From Candidatus Omnitrophota bacterium (GTDB lineage: Bacteria; Omnitrophota; Gorgyraeia; Tantalellales; Tantalellaceae): a stretch of DNA of 64,000 nt. The notes below the pieces were generated by a model. It saw only the letters and a list, made by a program, of their open reading frames with translations, ran no database searches and was not told the DNA's origin. Of the stretch, positions 10,089 to 20,900 are shown in pieces. The stretch covers positions 17,613-81,612 of the forward strand of contig JBAROK010000092.1 of the NCBI GenBank assembly GCA_049642065.1, in the 5' to 3' direction. Position 1 is the first letter of the stretch. Every line of letters starts with the position of its first letter. The position numbers and the translations under genes are program-made.

Positions 10089-10780
10089 TAGTAATACCGT
10101 CTTACAACGAATCCCGGACCATAGGAGGCATTGTCCGCCATATAGTCGGTATGGGCATGACGGTACTTGTTATTGATGACGGGTCCATTGATAATACGGA
10201 ACGTATCGCGCTTGATAACGGTGCTATGGTGATACGTCATCGGCGGAACCTGGGGAAAGGGTTTTCTGTACGGGAAGGGATAAGGCACGTTCTTAAGAAG
10301 ACGAATTTTGAATGGATGGTAATGATGGACGGTGACGGTCAACATCATCCGGAAGATATTGCCGCGCTTATGGACGGCACGCATGAAGAAGAAGTGGATA
10401 TAGTTATCGGTAACCGTATGCTCCAGACTAAGACCATGCCCTCTGCAAGATATTGGACCAACCGGTTCATGTCCTGGGTGATCTCAGGGATTTGCAAACA
10501 GGAGATACCGGATACCCAGTGCGGGTTCAGGCTTATCAGGACACATATTCTGAAGGCATTGAAGCTTACGTCTCAGAAATATGATATCGAGTCAGAGATG
10601 TTGATGCAGGCTGCGAACCATGATATGAAGATAGCCTCGGTACGGATACAGACGATCTATGGGGAAGAGACTTCCGAGATCCACCCGGTGAGGGATACCT
10701 TAAAGTTTTGCAGACTTGTTTTTACTCATCACATGAACTCCAATGGATTACTATATTCAAAGAAAAAAGATGGTGGATGA
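10061..10780 (+). CDS. family 2 glycosyltransferase (polyprenyl-phosphate sugar transferase-like)
   Basis: VVIPSYNESRTIGGIV...VIDDGSIDNT GT-A fold signature, with DGDGQ. Confidence 0.8.
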   Translation: MGATNDNTIVVIPSYNESRTIGGIVRHIVGMGMTVLVIDDGSIDNTERIALDNGAMVIRHRRNLGKGFSVREGIRHVLKKTNFEWMVMMDGDGQHHPEDIAALMDGTHEEEVDIVIGNRMLQTKTMPSARYWTNRFMSWVISGICKQEIPDTQCGFRLIRTHILKALKLTSQKYDIESEMLMQAANHDMKIASVRIQTIYGEETSEIHPVRDTLKFCRLVFTHHMNSNGLLYSKKKDGG

Positions 10781-11390
10781 GCAGCTGATGCCCAGGGGCA
10801 TAAACGACCCCAGGGTGCTTGAAGCGTTCATGAGTGTTCCGAGGCATGTTTTTGTGCCGGGACCTTTTGATGTGTCTTCCTACGCGGACAGGCCGCTTCC
10901 AATAGGCGAAGGACAGACGATCTCACAGCCATACATGGTAGCTCTTATGACCGAATGCCTGCGGCTTGAAGGTGATGAGAAGGTGCTTGAGATTGGTACC
11001 GGAAGCGGTTACCAAGCAGCAATATTAGCGAAGCTTTGCAAGCACGTGTATACGATTGAAAGAGAAAAGCGTTTACTTGATCGGGCACAGAAGATATTAC
11101 AAGAAGAGAGATATAATAATATCGAGTTCGAATGCGGTGACGGAACTGTTGGGTGGGAAGAAGAAGCTCCGTATGATGGTATAATTGTTACGGCGGGCGC
11201 TCCGCACGTTCCTGCGGCGCTGAAACAGCAGCTGGCTGAGGGGGGACGTTTAGTGATACCGGTAGGAGGACAGTACGGACAGATGCTCGTAGTAGTAACG
11301 CGGAGGGATAAGGATTTTACGCAAGATAGTGTTTGCGGATGTATTTTCGTGCCGCTTATCGGTGAAGACGGATGGCATGTAGGCGAATAA
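10743..11390 (+). CDS. pcm: protein-L-isoaspartate O-methyltransferase
   Basis: SAM motif LEIGTGSGYQAAILA. TISQPYMVA upstream motif. 215 aa. Confidence 0.85.
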   Translation: MDYYIQRKKMVDEQLMPRGINDPRVLEAFMSVPRHVFVPGPFDVSSYADRPLPIGEGQTISQPYMVALMTECLRLEGDEKVLEIGTGSGYQAAILAKLCKHVYTIEREKRLLDRAQKILQEERYNNIEFECGDGTVGWEEEAPYDGIIVTAGAPHVPAALKQQLAEGGRLVIPVGGQYGQMLVVVTRRDKDFTQDSVCGCIFVPLIGEDGWHVGE

Positions 11391-11406
11391 AATAGAAAGG
11401 TTCTGG

Positions 11407-12255
11407 ATGAAGAAAAAGTTAGTGGAAACAGTAGTACTGCTATTAAAGGGTGGGGCGATCGGAGTGGCGAATATAATCCCGGGAGTATCCGGCGGGACTC
11501 TTGCTGTGGTTCTTGGGATATACGACAGGCTGATAGAATCTATATCAAGGTTTTTTGACAGGCCGGAAAAACGCAAAGAATATATTTTCTTTTTGGTCAA
11601 GGTTTTCTCGGGTGCTGTTGCCGCGCTTGTTCTTCTTGCTAAAGTGATGGACTTGATGCTTACGGAACATTTCCATAAGACCATGTTTCTTTTTATGGGT
11701 CTTATACTTGGAGGTATCCCAGCTGTCATACGTTCCCACGGGGATATGAAAATAAGGACATCAAGGATACTTGCTTTTATCATTGGCGTGATACTAGTTT
11801 TGGGTATCTCCGTGGTCGGTAAAGCTCAGGGGCATGATTCGATGACGGTGGTTCCAGCTGTTCAGGGTACCAGCTCCTACGTGATGTTAGCTATAGCAGG
11901 CTTTCTTGCGGGGGGCGCGATGATAGTGCCGGGAGTAAGCGGTTCTTTTATCCTGGTTCTTATGGGTCAGTACGTGATAATAATAGGGGCTATCAAGGAC
12001 CTGGCGATGAAACCACTGGGATTCGTAGCTCTTGGAGCAGTTGCCGGAGTGATGGTATTCTCACGCATTATCGAGATATGTCTTGAGAAGATACCTTCTG
12101 TCACGTATTATTTTATTCTGGGGCTGATTTTAGCGTCATTTTACAAGATATTTCCGGGAATCCCGGCTGATAGAACCGTTTTATTATACTGCGTTGGCGC
12201 TTTTGTGGTCGGTGCGATTGTTTCGTATGCTCTTTCCAAAGTGTCTGCAGAATGA
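11407..12255 (+). CDS. DUF368-family polytopic membrane protein (putative undecaprenyl-phosphate translocase family)
   Basis: Two copies of the PG(V)SGG/PGVSGS repeat (IIPGVSGGTLAVVLG and IVPGVSGSFILVLMG) characteristic of DUF368. Confidence 0.65.
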   Translation: MKKKLVETVVLLLKGGAIGVANIIPGVSGGTLAVVLGIYDRLIESISRFFDRPEKRKEYIFFLVKVFSGAVAALVLLAKVMDLMLTEHFHKTMFLFMGLILGGIPAVIRSHGDMKIRTSRILAFIIGVILVLGISVVGKAQGHDSMTVVPAVQGTSSYVMLAIAGFLAGGAMIVPGVSGSFILVLMGQYVIIIGAIKDLAMKPLGFVALGAVAGVMVFSRIIEICLEKIPSVTYYFILGLILASFYKIFPGIPADRTVLLYCVGAFVVGAIVSYALSKVSAE

Positions 12256-12312
12256 TCAGCTATTGAAAAAATAGCTATTATAAGGTAATATATTGTCAAA
12301 AAGGAGAGGCTG

Positions 12313-12822
12313 ATGATAGCTTATATACTTATATTGATCGGTTTTTTACTGAGACTTGTTCCGCATATGCCTAACATGGCTCCTGTCGCTGCAATAGCTC
12401 TTTTCGCGGGAGCGTATCTGGACAAAAGGATCGTCCCGTGGGTTCCGCTTGCTATTATGATGATAAGCGACCTCATAATAGGACTTCATGGCGTGTTTCT
12501 TTATACTTGGGGCGCGTTCATACTTGTCGGGTTTATAGGCATGTGGCTTAAAGAGCGCAGGACGCCGGCGAACATACTCGGTGCGACAGTTGTATCGGCT
12601 CTTTTGTTCTTCGTCATCACGAATTTTGGTGTATGGATAGCGTGGTATCCGCGCACGCTGGACGGTCTTGTGATGTGTTACATTAAAGCCATACCGTTTC
12701 TGAGAAATACCATGGCTGGGAATATAGTGTTCGCAGCCGTACTTTTTGGCTCTTATGAGCTTGCAAGGAAACTGGCTGAAAATACCAGATTCCGCCGTGT
12801 TCTTTTAGCAGACGCTGAATAG
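12313..12822 (+). CDS. small polytopic membrane protein (ECF-S-component-like / unknown family)
   Basis: 169 aa with 5-6 hydrophobic helices. RBS aaaggagagg upstream. No recognisable catalytic motif. Confidence 0.5.
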   Translation: MIAYILILIGFLLRLVPHMPNMAPVAAIALFAGAYLDKRIVPWVPLAIMMISDLIIGLHGVFLYTWGAFILVGFIGMWLKERRTPANILGATVVSALLFFVITNFGVWIAWYPRTLDGLVMCYIKAIPFLRNTMAGNIVFAAVLFGSYELARKLAENTRFRRVLLADAE

Positions 12823-12854
12823 TTTAAGCTATTAAGCTTTGGAATGATCATGCA

Positions 12855-13060
12855 GGTAACCGCAAGGTTTTAATTGGGAAGTCCGTGAAAGTCGGACACG
12901 GTCCCGCCGCTGTTACCGGAGACGAAAGCTTCAAGCCAGGTCACTGCCTTTAAGAGGTGGGAAGGCCGAAGCGAGTAGGTAGACCCGGGAGTCAGAAGAC
13001 CTACCTGTGTGTTAAGAAGTATCCTGAATGCCCGAGGAGGCGAGAGGTACAGAATATAAG
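12855..13060 (+). promoter_or_regulatory. cobalamin (B12) riboswitch aptamer
   Basis: Conserved core ttaattgggaagtccgtgaaagtcggacacggtcccgccgctgt, GGGAAGGC element and B12-box-like gagtcagaagacctacc. Located in the 5' leader of a TonB-dependent receptor gene. Confidence 0.85.
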
Positions 13061-13078
13061 GGTTATAAAAACGGTTAA

Positions 13079-13111
13079 CCCCCGGTATCCATACGATGCC
13101 GGGGGTTTTTT
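13079..13111 (+). terminator. riboswitch expression-platform intrinsic terminator
   Basis: 11-bp stem CCCCCGGTATC/GATGCCGGGGG with loop CATAC, followed by TTTTTT. Ends 30 nt before the btuB-like ATG. Confidence 0.8.
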
Positions 13112-13141
13112 ATGCTTAGTTTTAGCAAGAAAGGAATTTAA

Positions 13142-15166
13142 ATGAAGAAGGGGAGAGTGTTTTTGAAATTTATTATTGTAGGGGTGTGTCTTTTATTATG
13201 TGTCTCGGCGCGAGTAAAGGCAGATGATGCGGGTGTAGTCAAACTGGATACGATATACATAACGCCCATGCGTTCGGACGAGCTTGAAAGCAAAACACCT
13301 GCAAGTGTATCGGTAGTTACGCGAAAAGATATCGAGAATTCAAATGCGCAGACCACCATTGGGCTGCTTAAGTCCGAGACCGGTATATTTGTCAAGGACT
13401 GGGTAGGGAACGGATCGACCGCTCAAGTGGATATACGCGGGTTCGGTGAACAGTCTCAGTTAAACGTTGCTGTTCTGGTGGATGGCCGGCGTGTTAACGA
13501 GGTGGACTTAAGCGGAGTTGACTGGACGCAGATTCCAGTGGACCAGATAGAGAGGATAGAAATAATACGCGGTGGTGCAGGTGCCGTACTTTATGGAGAC
13601 AACGCTGTTAGCGGTGTTATCAATATCATTACAAAAAGCGGTAAGGGAACGCCATACGTCAAGTACACCCAGAGGTATGGTAGTTACGATATGAACGAGG
13701 AAAAAGTGGAAGTAGGCGGAGAAGTTGAGAACCTGAGCTTTATCCTTACGGGTGGACGTAAAGCTACGCACGGGTACCGCAACAACACGTATTTCAGGAA
13801 CTGGGATTTCGCTTCAAAACTCATTTATGAAGTGGATCCCGAGTTTTCTCTGAAAGTGAGCCAATCCTGGCATAAGGCGGAATACGGTCTTCCCGGAGCG
13901 CTTTCAGCCGCTGATCAGGAAGCACACGATCGCACATTCTCCTCTTTCGGTGACGATTATGCGAAGAACACGGACTGGAATTTTGTCGGTGGGTTCGACA
14001 AAACTTTCGGCGATGGGGGTACTCTGTCTTCTGATTTCTCTTACAGGAGGAGATATGTTTACTCTAATTACGTGGGAGCGAACGGTGGCTGGAAACCCAT
14101 AAGGAGGGCAACGATAGACACTTACGGGATAACGCCAAAATATGTCTTGGATAGGAATATTTTCGGTTTCATTAACAACTTCGTCACGGGGCTTGATTAC
14201 TACCGGGAAGAGAACGATTCGGATGTTTTCAACGCGGCAAATACGATACAGAATATCACTGCCGTTAAAAAGAATACGATTGCGTGGTACGGGCAGGATT
14301 CTTTTTCTGTATTGCCGGAACTTACGTTTGTCGGAGGGATGCGGTACGAATATGCTAAATACGATTTGGATTACCAAGATCTTTCTGGATGGAACCCTAC
14401 TATAGATACCGATAAGATCAAGGTCGCCAGGATGTACAACCTAGGGCTTATATGCGAGTACATGGAAAATTCAGAAGTGTTCTTTACTCATAACCTTAGT
14501 TTTCGATTCCCCGCGACCGATGAGTACATAGTATGGGGAGCTCTTAATCCTAACCTCAAGGAGCAGATATCAAGGAACTACGAGGTAGGGGTGCGGCAGG
14601 CAATAGGAGATATCGCCAGGATAGATATAACTGGCTATTGGATGAACCTAAAGAACGAGCTATACTATAATCCGTTGGGCGGGGCTTTCGGTAGGGGTTC
14701 TAACGAGAACTATGGTAAAACCCGGCATCAGGGACTTGAAATGTCTGCAAAAGCGAAAGTGAATAAGAATATAGAGCTTTTTGGTAACTATGCTTTTACT
14801 TATTCAAAGTTCGTGGACGATACATATAGCGGTAAGTACGTCCCGATGGTCCCGCTTAATAAGGGGGCTTTGGGTATGAGACTGTTCTTTTTAGAGAACT
14901 TTACTTTCAATTTTGTAGGACTGTTCGTAGGAGAAAGACATTGTATAAATGACCAGCAGAACATATATAAACCGCTTAAGCCGTATTTTACGGCTGATAT
15001 TAATCTTTTCTACGAAAACGAACATTTCAGGGTAGGAGGGGGCGTGAATAACCTCTTCAATGAGAAGTATTATAATTACAGCGTACGTAACGCTACCAAT
15101 GGAAGGATAAATTATTATCCAGCTCCGGGAATGAACTTCTTTCTGGAAGGGACGCTTAAGTTCTGA
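13142..15166 (+). CDS. btuB: TonB-dependent outer-membrane receptor, BtuB-like (cobalamin/corrinoid uptake inferred from riboswitch)
   Basis: Signal peptide. TonB-box-like DTIYITPMR. Plug-domain and barrel motifs. C-terminal aromatic residue F. 674 aa. Confidence 0.8.
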   Translation: MKKGRVFLKFIIVGVCLLLCVSARVKADDAGVVKLDTIYITPMRSDELESKTPASVSVVTRKDIENSNAQTTIGLLKSETGIFVKDWVGNGSTAQVDIRGFGEQSQLNVAVLVDGRRVNEVDLSGVDWTQIPVDQIERIEIIRGGAGAVLYGDNAVSGVINIITKSGKGTPYVKYTQRYGSYDMNEEKVEVGGEVENLSFILTGGRKATHGYRNNTYFRNWDFASKLIYEVDPEFSLKVSQSWHKAEYGLPGALSAADQEAHDRTFSSFGDDYAKNTDWNFVGGFDKTFGDGGTLSSDFSYRRRYVYSNYVGANGGWKPIRRATIDTYGITPKYVLDRNIFGFINNFVTGLDYYREENDSDVFNAANTIQNITAVKKNTIAWYGQDSFSVLPELTFVGGMRYEYAKYDLDYQDLSGWNPTIDTDKIKVARMYNLGLICEYMENSEVFFTHNLSFRFPATDEYIVWGALNPNLKEQISRNYEVGVRQAIGDIARIDITGYWMNLKNELYYNPLGGAFGRGSNENYGKTRHQGLEMSAKAKVNKNIELFGNYAFTYSKFVDDTYSGKYVPMVPLNKGALGMRLFFLENFTFNFVGLFVGERHCINDQQNIYKPLKPYFTADINLFYENEHFRVGGGVNNLFNEKYYNYSVRNATNGRINYYPAPGMNFFLEGTLKF

Positions 15167-15273
15167 CGGACAGATGAACAGGGACGTAATCTATAAGTTG
15201 TAAGATAACGATATAAATATTATAATATGTTACTGATCTAACCGCATTATAGCTTACGGTATCTTTAGAAAAA

Positions 15274-15876
15274 ATGTTTACAGACCCATTATTCAGAATA
15301 GCTTTTACTATATCGCTTGCCGCGCATATTGCCGTGATAGCGCCGACATACCTCGTCTCGGATAAGGTTGAAAAGCCAGAGACTGAGGTGGTTGAGCTGA
15401 ACTATATGTTGATAAATGATCCTGCTATTGCCATAGAAGAGGAAATATATTCAAGTGCAAAAGTCGATGAGAATATGAAGGACGAAGAAGAGGATCGGAT
15501 TTCTGATACTACGGTCATGGATAGCCCGTCTCAGAAAGAGATGTATCTATCTGAGGAGATCCGTGAAACTGCTCAAAAGGTGCAGGAGCAGAGGGAGAAA
15601 GCATATCTTGAATATTTCAACCTTATACGTGAAAAGATACGGACAAGGGTATATTCTTCCGGATCTTCCAGCGAGGATGGCATAGTTGAAGTTGTGTTCA
15701 CGCTTTCCAGAGATGGCTGTCTCGCGCGGGTAAATAAAGCCTTCTCGAACCTTTCAAGAGATGTCAGAATGTCGGTTATACGTGCTCTAAGGCGGGCCCA
15801 GCCATTCCCGCCGTTCCCGGTAGAGTTGGGAAATGCTCCTATTACGTTCTCTCTTACCATAAGATTTGCTTCCTGA
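15274..15876 (+). CDS. TonB-like energy transducer (short form)
   Basis: N-terminal TM anchor. Acidic central region. C-terminal TonB domain (YFNLIREKIRTRVYSS...GIVEVVFTLSRDGCLARVNKA...PFPPFP). No exbBD adjacent. Confidence 0.6.
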   Translation: MFTDPLFRIAFTISLAAHIAVIAPTYLVSDKVEKPETEVVELNYMLINDPAIAIEEEIYSSAKVDENMKDEEEDRISDTTVMDSPSQKEMYLSEEIRETAQKVQEQREKAYLEYFNLIREKIRTRVYSSGSSSEDGIVEVVFTLSRDGCLARVNKAFSNLSRDVRMSVIRALRRAQPFPPFPVELGNAPITFSLTIRFAS

Positions 15877-15885
15877 AGAAAAAAG

Positions 15886-15914
15886 TTGACACTGGTCCTA
15901 TTTAAGGATATACT
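15886..15914 (+). promoter_or_regulatory. sigma70-like promoter upstream of marR-like gene
   Basis: TTGACA (15886-15891), 17-nt spacer, TATACT (15909-15914). An imperfect AT-rich palindrome overlaps the -10 and may be an operator. Confidence 0.45.
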
Positions 15915-15987
15915 TTAAATATAAAATAGTTTAATAAATAAAATATTTAGCTTTCTGAATATTTAATGGTTGAAGGGGGGGGCGATT

Positions 15988-16425
15988 ATGGTAAAAGGTG
16001 TAAGCACTGATTTTGCGAAAGAGATGGCAAAAATGCTGCCTACTTTGATGAGGGCGGTGACGAGTAAGATGGAGGTGCTTCTTACCAGAGAAAATCTGGC
16101 AGTATCGCATATCGTCGTTCTGGATATGTTGGGGGAAAAAGGGTCCTGCACCATGGGTGAGTTAGCTCAGGCGTTAAACCTCTCTATGGGCGCGGTAACA
16201 GGTGTGGTAGACAAGATGATAGAAATGGAGATTGTCGAAAGGGAGCGTTCCAGCGAAGACCGCAGAGTGGTTAAAGTAGGGCTTGTTGAAAAAGGTAAGG
16301 CGCTCGTATCTGATGTCAATAAGATGCGTATTGATGCGACCAAGGAGCTTTATTCTGCGCTTACGGATGAGGAAAGAGAAGAGTATCTGCGGATGATCCG
16401 CAAGATATACGGTAACCTTAGATAA
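15988..16425 (+). CDS. MarR-family transcriptional regulator
   Basis: wHTH region LGEKGSCTMGELAQALNLSMGAVTGVVDKMIEMEIVERERSSEDRRVV. RBS gaagggggg precedes the ATG at 15988 (the track's TTG start at 15970 is less likely). Confidence 0.8.
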   Translation: MVKGVSTDFAKEMAKMLPTLMRAVTSKMEVLLTRENLAVSHIVVLDMLGEKGSCTMGELAQALNLSMGAVTGVVDKMIEMEIVERERSSEDRRVVKVGLVEKGKALVSDVNKMRIDATKELYSALTDEEREEYLRMIRKIYGNLR

Positions 16426-16430
16426 AGACA

Positions 16431-17924
16431 ATGAGAAAAACTGTAACGTACTTGATAATATTGATGCTTTTAGCGCCATCCCAGGGCTTGGCAGTACAGG
16501 TTGCTGAGAGTATGGATGTCGAAAGCATACTGAAAGAGAAGGAGATCATGGTCCTTTCTCTGGACGACTGTGTCAGACTTGCCTTAGCGAACAGTTTTGA
16601 AGTTCAAGTGGCTAAACTTGATCTCTATGTGGCGGAGACTGAACTGTTGTATTCAGAAGCTGTGTTTGATACGTTTCTTTTCGGGAACATTGGATATTCT
16701 GAAGATAAGAGGCAAGAACTTTCCGTTTTCGCTCCGGATGACGATCAGACAAACGTATATTCTTTCGGCATTACGAAAGAACTGCCGACAGGAACTGAGA
16801 TCACGGCTAACTGGAGCGATACCAGGACCTGGTCGGACACTGTTTTTGTGTCGAAAAATCCGGCACATAATACAGAGATATCTCTGGAGGCAAGGCAGCC
16901 TGTAGGCAAGAACTCGTTCGGGTTTGTGGATAGAAGTACTATAACCCTAACGAAACTTGCTATAGAGAATGCCGATTTAGAGACGGTAAACCGCATAGAA
17001 GAGCATATAGCTAATACGATTAAAGGGTACGTGGATCTTATGTCGGCGAAAAAACTACTCAAGATCTTTCAAGACATATTGGAAAAGGCCAAAAAATTGT
17101 ATGAGGTTGAAAAGAAGAACTTTGATATAGGGTTAAAAGAAAAAGTTGATCTTTACGCTGCAGAAGCCAATGTAGCCAACCGCCAGGCCGAAGCGATAAT
17201 CGCTGAGAATAATTACAAGCGCACACAGGAGAACCTGAAACTTTTAATCAATATTCAGGAAAGCGTGGAGATAAATCCTGCTGAGGAGCTTAAGACGTAT
17301 CCTGTTGGCAGGGACCTGCCGCAGTGTCTTAAAGAAGCGTTTGAATATAGACGTGACTACAAGATAAGAAAACGTGAAGTTGATATAAAGGGGCTTGATC
17401 TCCGGGTAAAAGGGAACCAGATGTGGCCTGAGATAGACCTTATTCTTAGTATGAAGATGAACGGTATCAACGGGAAGTTCAATAAAGCGGCAGGTAAGGC
17501 TACGGTTGCCGATCATGCGGAATATTTCGCGGGGATAGAGTTCAATATGCCTATAGAGAATTCACAGGCACGTAGCCAGTATCAGAGGGCGACGTATGAG
17601 AAAGAGAAGTCGCTGGTAAGCTTGAAACAGACAGAAAGAACAGTTATCACAGAGGTAGTGAATACTTATAACGACACGAGGTCGTTCGGTGCCAGCCTTA
17701 AGTACACGCAGCAGGCCGTTGATTTGCAGTCGAAGAAGCTTGCTGAGGAAACGAAACGGTTCCGCCAGGGTCGCTCAAAGACGAAGATAATTATAGATTA
17801 CCAGAGGGATCTTTTGAGGGCGGAACTTGAAAATGTAGAGTTTATCAGGGATCACAGAAAGTCAAAGGTCGATCTTTTCAGGTCGATGAATGTATTGCTT
17901 AAGGAGTTTGAGGATTTAATATGA
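16431..17924 (+). CDS. TolC-family outer-membrane efflux protein
   Basis: 497 aa with signal peptide. Two-repeat OEP architecture and coiled-coil-rich composition. Immediately upstream of an RND pump. Confidence 0.75.
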   Translation: MRKTVTYLIILMLLAPSQGLAVQVAESMDVESILKEKEIMVLSLDDCVRLALANSFEVQVAKLDLYVAETELLYSEAVFDTFLFGNIGYSEDKRQELSVFAPDDDQTNVYSFGITKELPTGTEITANWSDTRTWSDTVFVSKNPAHNTEISLEARQPVGKNSFGFVDRSTITLTKLAIENADLETVNRIEEHIANTIKGYVDLMSAKKLLKIFQDILEKAKKLYEVEKKNFDIGLKEKVDLYAAEANVANRQAEAIIAENNYKRTQENLKLLINIQESVEINPAEELKTYPVGRDLPQCLKEAFEYRRDYKIRKREVDIKGLDLRVKGNQMWPEIDLILSMKMNGINGKFNKAAGKATVADHAEYFAGIEFNMPIENSQARSQYQRATYEKEKSLVSLKQTERTVITEVVNTYNDTRSFGASLKYTQQAVDLQSKKLAEETKRFRQGRSKTKIIIDYQRDLLRAELENVEFIRDHRKSKVDLFRSMNVLLKEFEDLI

Positions 17925-20900
17925 GTCTTCCAAGGTTCAGCGTAAATAATTCACTTTTTGTGAATCTAGTATCGGTTATTATTATAATAATCGGGCTGAT
18001 AGTCGTTTTCGGGATGAATAGAGAAATATTCCCTAACGTTTCGTTCGATATGGTGAGTGTTACCACCGTATTTCCTGGCGCGACTCCGGAAGATGTTGAA
18101 AAACTGATAACCGTTCCTATAGAAAAAGAGCTCAAGGAAGTGGATGGGTTAAAGGAGGTAAACTCGACTTCAGCGGCAAGCACTTCTCTGATATACGTAA
18201 AACTTGATCCCGACGAACCGGACAAGCAAAAGGTTATAAGGGATATACAGAGTGCGGTTGATAAGGTAAAGGATCTTCCCGCGGACATACAAGACGATCC
18301 TGAGGTCGTCGAGGTTACGAGTAAACAGTACCCGATCGTTGAGGTCTCATTGTCAGGAAAGATGAGCGAACGAAAGCTTCAGGAGTATGCTGATGCTCTT
18401 GAAGACGAAATTGAGGACATAAAAGGTGTTGCTCGCATCCAGAAAAGTGGGTACCGTGACAGGGAAGTGCAGGTCAGAGTAAACCCGGATAAGCTTGAGG
18501 AATATTACGTGTCCATGGATGAGATCGAAACTGCTCTGGCAGGTCGCAACGTGAGCCTTCCTGCGGGTAAGATTGATACGGCGACGACTGAATATAGCGT
18601 GAGGACTACCGGCGAGTTCCAGACCGCCGAAGAAGTTGAGAACGTGATCATAAGAGCGAATGATTCCGGGAACTGGCTTAAGATCAAAGATGTGGCCGAA
18701 GTAGTCGATACCTTCAAGGACGAGGATATAGTCAATAAGACGAAGGCTACGCGTTCGATAAACCTGGTTGTGTCGAAAAAAGAGTCCGGTGACGCTATAT
18801 CTATAGTTGACAATATAAAGACAATCAGCGACAAATTCCTGGAGCGGATCAAAGGCGAACTTGAGATATCTTACGTGAACGATTATTCCTTTTTTGCCAG
18901 ACGGCGCCTTAACGTTTTGAAGAATAACGCCTGGTTCGGTGTTATCATCGTTATAGTGATCATGCTGGTGTTTCTCCAGAAACGAGTCGCTTTATTCACG
19001 GTTCTTGGTATACCTATATCGTTTTTCGCTACGTTCATAGTAATGAATATGATGGGGATAACGATAAACATGATCAGCATGTTTGGGTTGGTGGTGGTAC
19101 TTGGTATGCTTGTCGATGACGGGATCATTGTCGCGGAGAATGTGTATAGGTACATGGAGGAAGGACTGTCTCCGCAGGAGGCGGCTATAAAGGGTACTGA
19201 AGAAGTCATGGGCGCGGTATGTGCTGCGGTTTTTACTACCATAGCTGCATTTTCGCCGCTTCTATTCATGACAGGAATAATAGGGAAGTTCATATGGAAT
19301 ATCCCCGCAGTGGTCATCACGGCACTGCTGGCATCGCTCGGAGAAGCTCTTATAATATTGCCCAGTCACATGGCGGATTTCGTGAAGATCAGGACGGATA
19401 AAAAGGGTAAACCCATGCTTAAAAGGGAACTGCCATGGTTTAAGAAGATAGTATCTTTTTATACGAAAACAGTTAATCTAGCTATCAGGCATAAATACAG
19501 GGTGCTTATCGGGTTTATTGCGGCACTTTTCTTTAGTTTCTTTTTGGCCACTCATGTGATGAAATTCATCCTTTTTCCAAGTGCAGGTATAAACTTCTTT
19601 TTTATACGCGCTGAAGCGCCAATAGGGACGCCTCTGGAAAAGACGGAAGAGATGATGAAGCCATTGGAGAAGCTCGTTGCTGAGCTCCCGGAGGAAGAGC
19701 TGGATGCCTATGTTACGGCAATCGGCAAGATCGAGGAGGATCGACAGGATCCGTTCGCAGGGCAGGCAAGCAACCTCGCGCAGATAACGGTGTACCTTAC
19801 TCCGGAGCAGGATCGTAAACGCAAGGTTGAACAGATCATTAAGGATCTTAGAAAAAAAGCGGGAAATATCAAGGGTTTCGACGATCTAAGGTTTGATATG
19901 CCGGAAGCGGGTCCGCCGGTAGGTAAACCGGTGGAAGCAAGGGTAAGGGGGGAAAATTTCGAAACGCTGGATGCTATCTCCACCGAATATATGGATTATA
20001 TTAAGACCATAGACGGTGCCACGGATATTAACTGGGACCATAAACCCGGCAAGGAAGAGATTCGCGTCAAAGTTGATCGCGAGAAAGCGACTATGGCCGG
20101 TCTTTCCGTACAGCAGATAGCCAGGACCATAAGAGGGGTGTTCCAGGGCAATATAGCGACTAAGATCAAGCCCGTAAAAGCAGAAGAAGAGACCGATGTT
20201 ACGGTAATGTTCGATAAAGAGAACGGCAGTTTCGATATGAACGTTTTCGATGAGGTTTTGGTCGTTAACAAATACGGGAATCTTATTCCCCTGAACAAAG
20301 TTGCTACTATCGAAAAAGTTCCTGGCAGTACGACTATCAAGCATCTGGATGGTAAACGTGTTGTTACTACCTCATGTAACGTGGATACAACCAAGGTTAC
20401 CTCACTTGAAGTTAACAAGAAGCTCATGAAGAAATTTCAAGATATTTCCGAGAGGCACATAGGCTATTCTGTAAAGTATGGCGGTGAGCAGGAAGAGTCG
20501 GTTGAGTCTTTAATAAGCCTCGCCAAAGCGTTCTTTTTTGCTTTTCTGGTGGTTTATCTTATACTTGCTTCATTTTTCAAGTCGCTTATTCAACCTATGA
20601 TAGTCATGCTGGCGATCCCGTTTGGGCTTATTGGTGTTATTGTAGCCTTTCTTTTGCACGGGCAGCCTTTTTCCTTTTTGGCTATTCTAGGTGTCGTGGG
20701 TTTGAATGGTATTGTTGTTAACGATTCCATTGTATTAGTAGATTTTATTAATAAACTCCGCAGAAGTGGAACAAATCGGCATGATTCGATCATCAGGGCG
20801 GGACAGATGCGGTTGCGTCCGGTAATATTGACCACTGTAACGACCGCTGGCGGTCTTTCAACAGTTGCATACGGTATTGGTGGTAAGGACCCCTTTCTTG

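Noticed and set aside
12957-13145. 62-aa + strand ORF
   Set aside because: It lies entirely within the cobalamin riboswitch and terminator. Its sequence is explained by RNA structure, not coding.
15167-15273. Possible second regulatory RNA between btuB and tonB-like genes
   Set aside because: Only AT-rich spacer with no conserved structure was recognisable.
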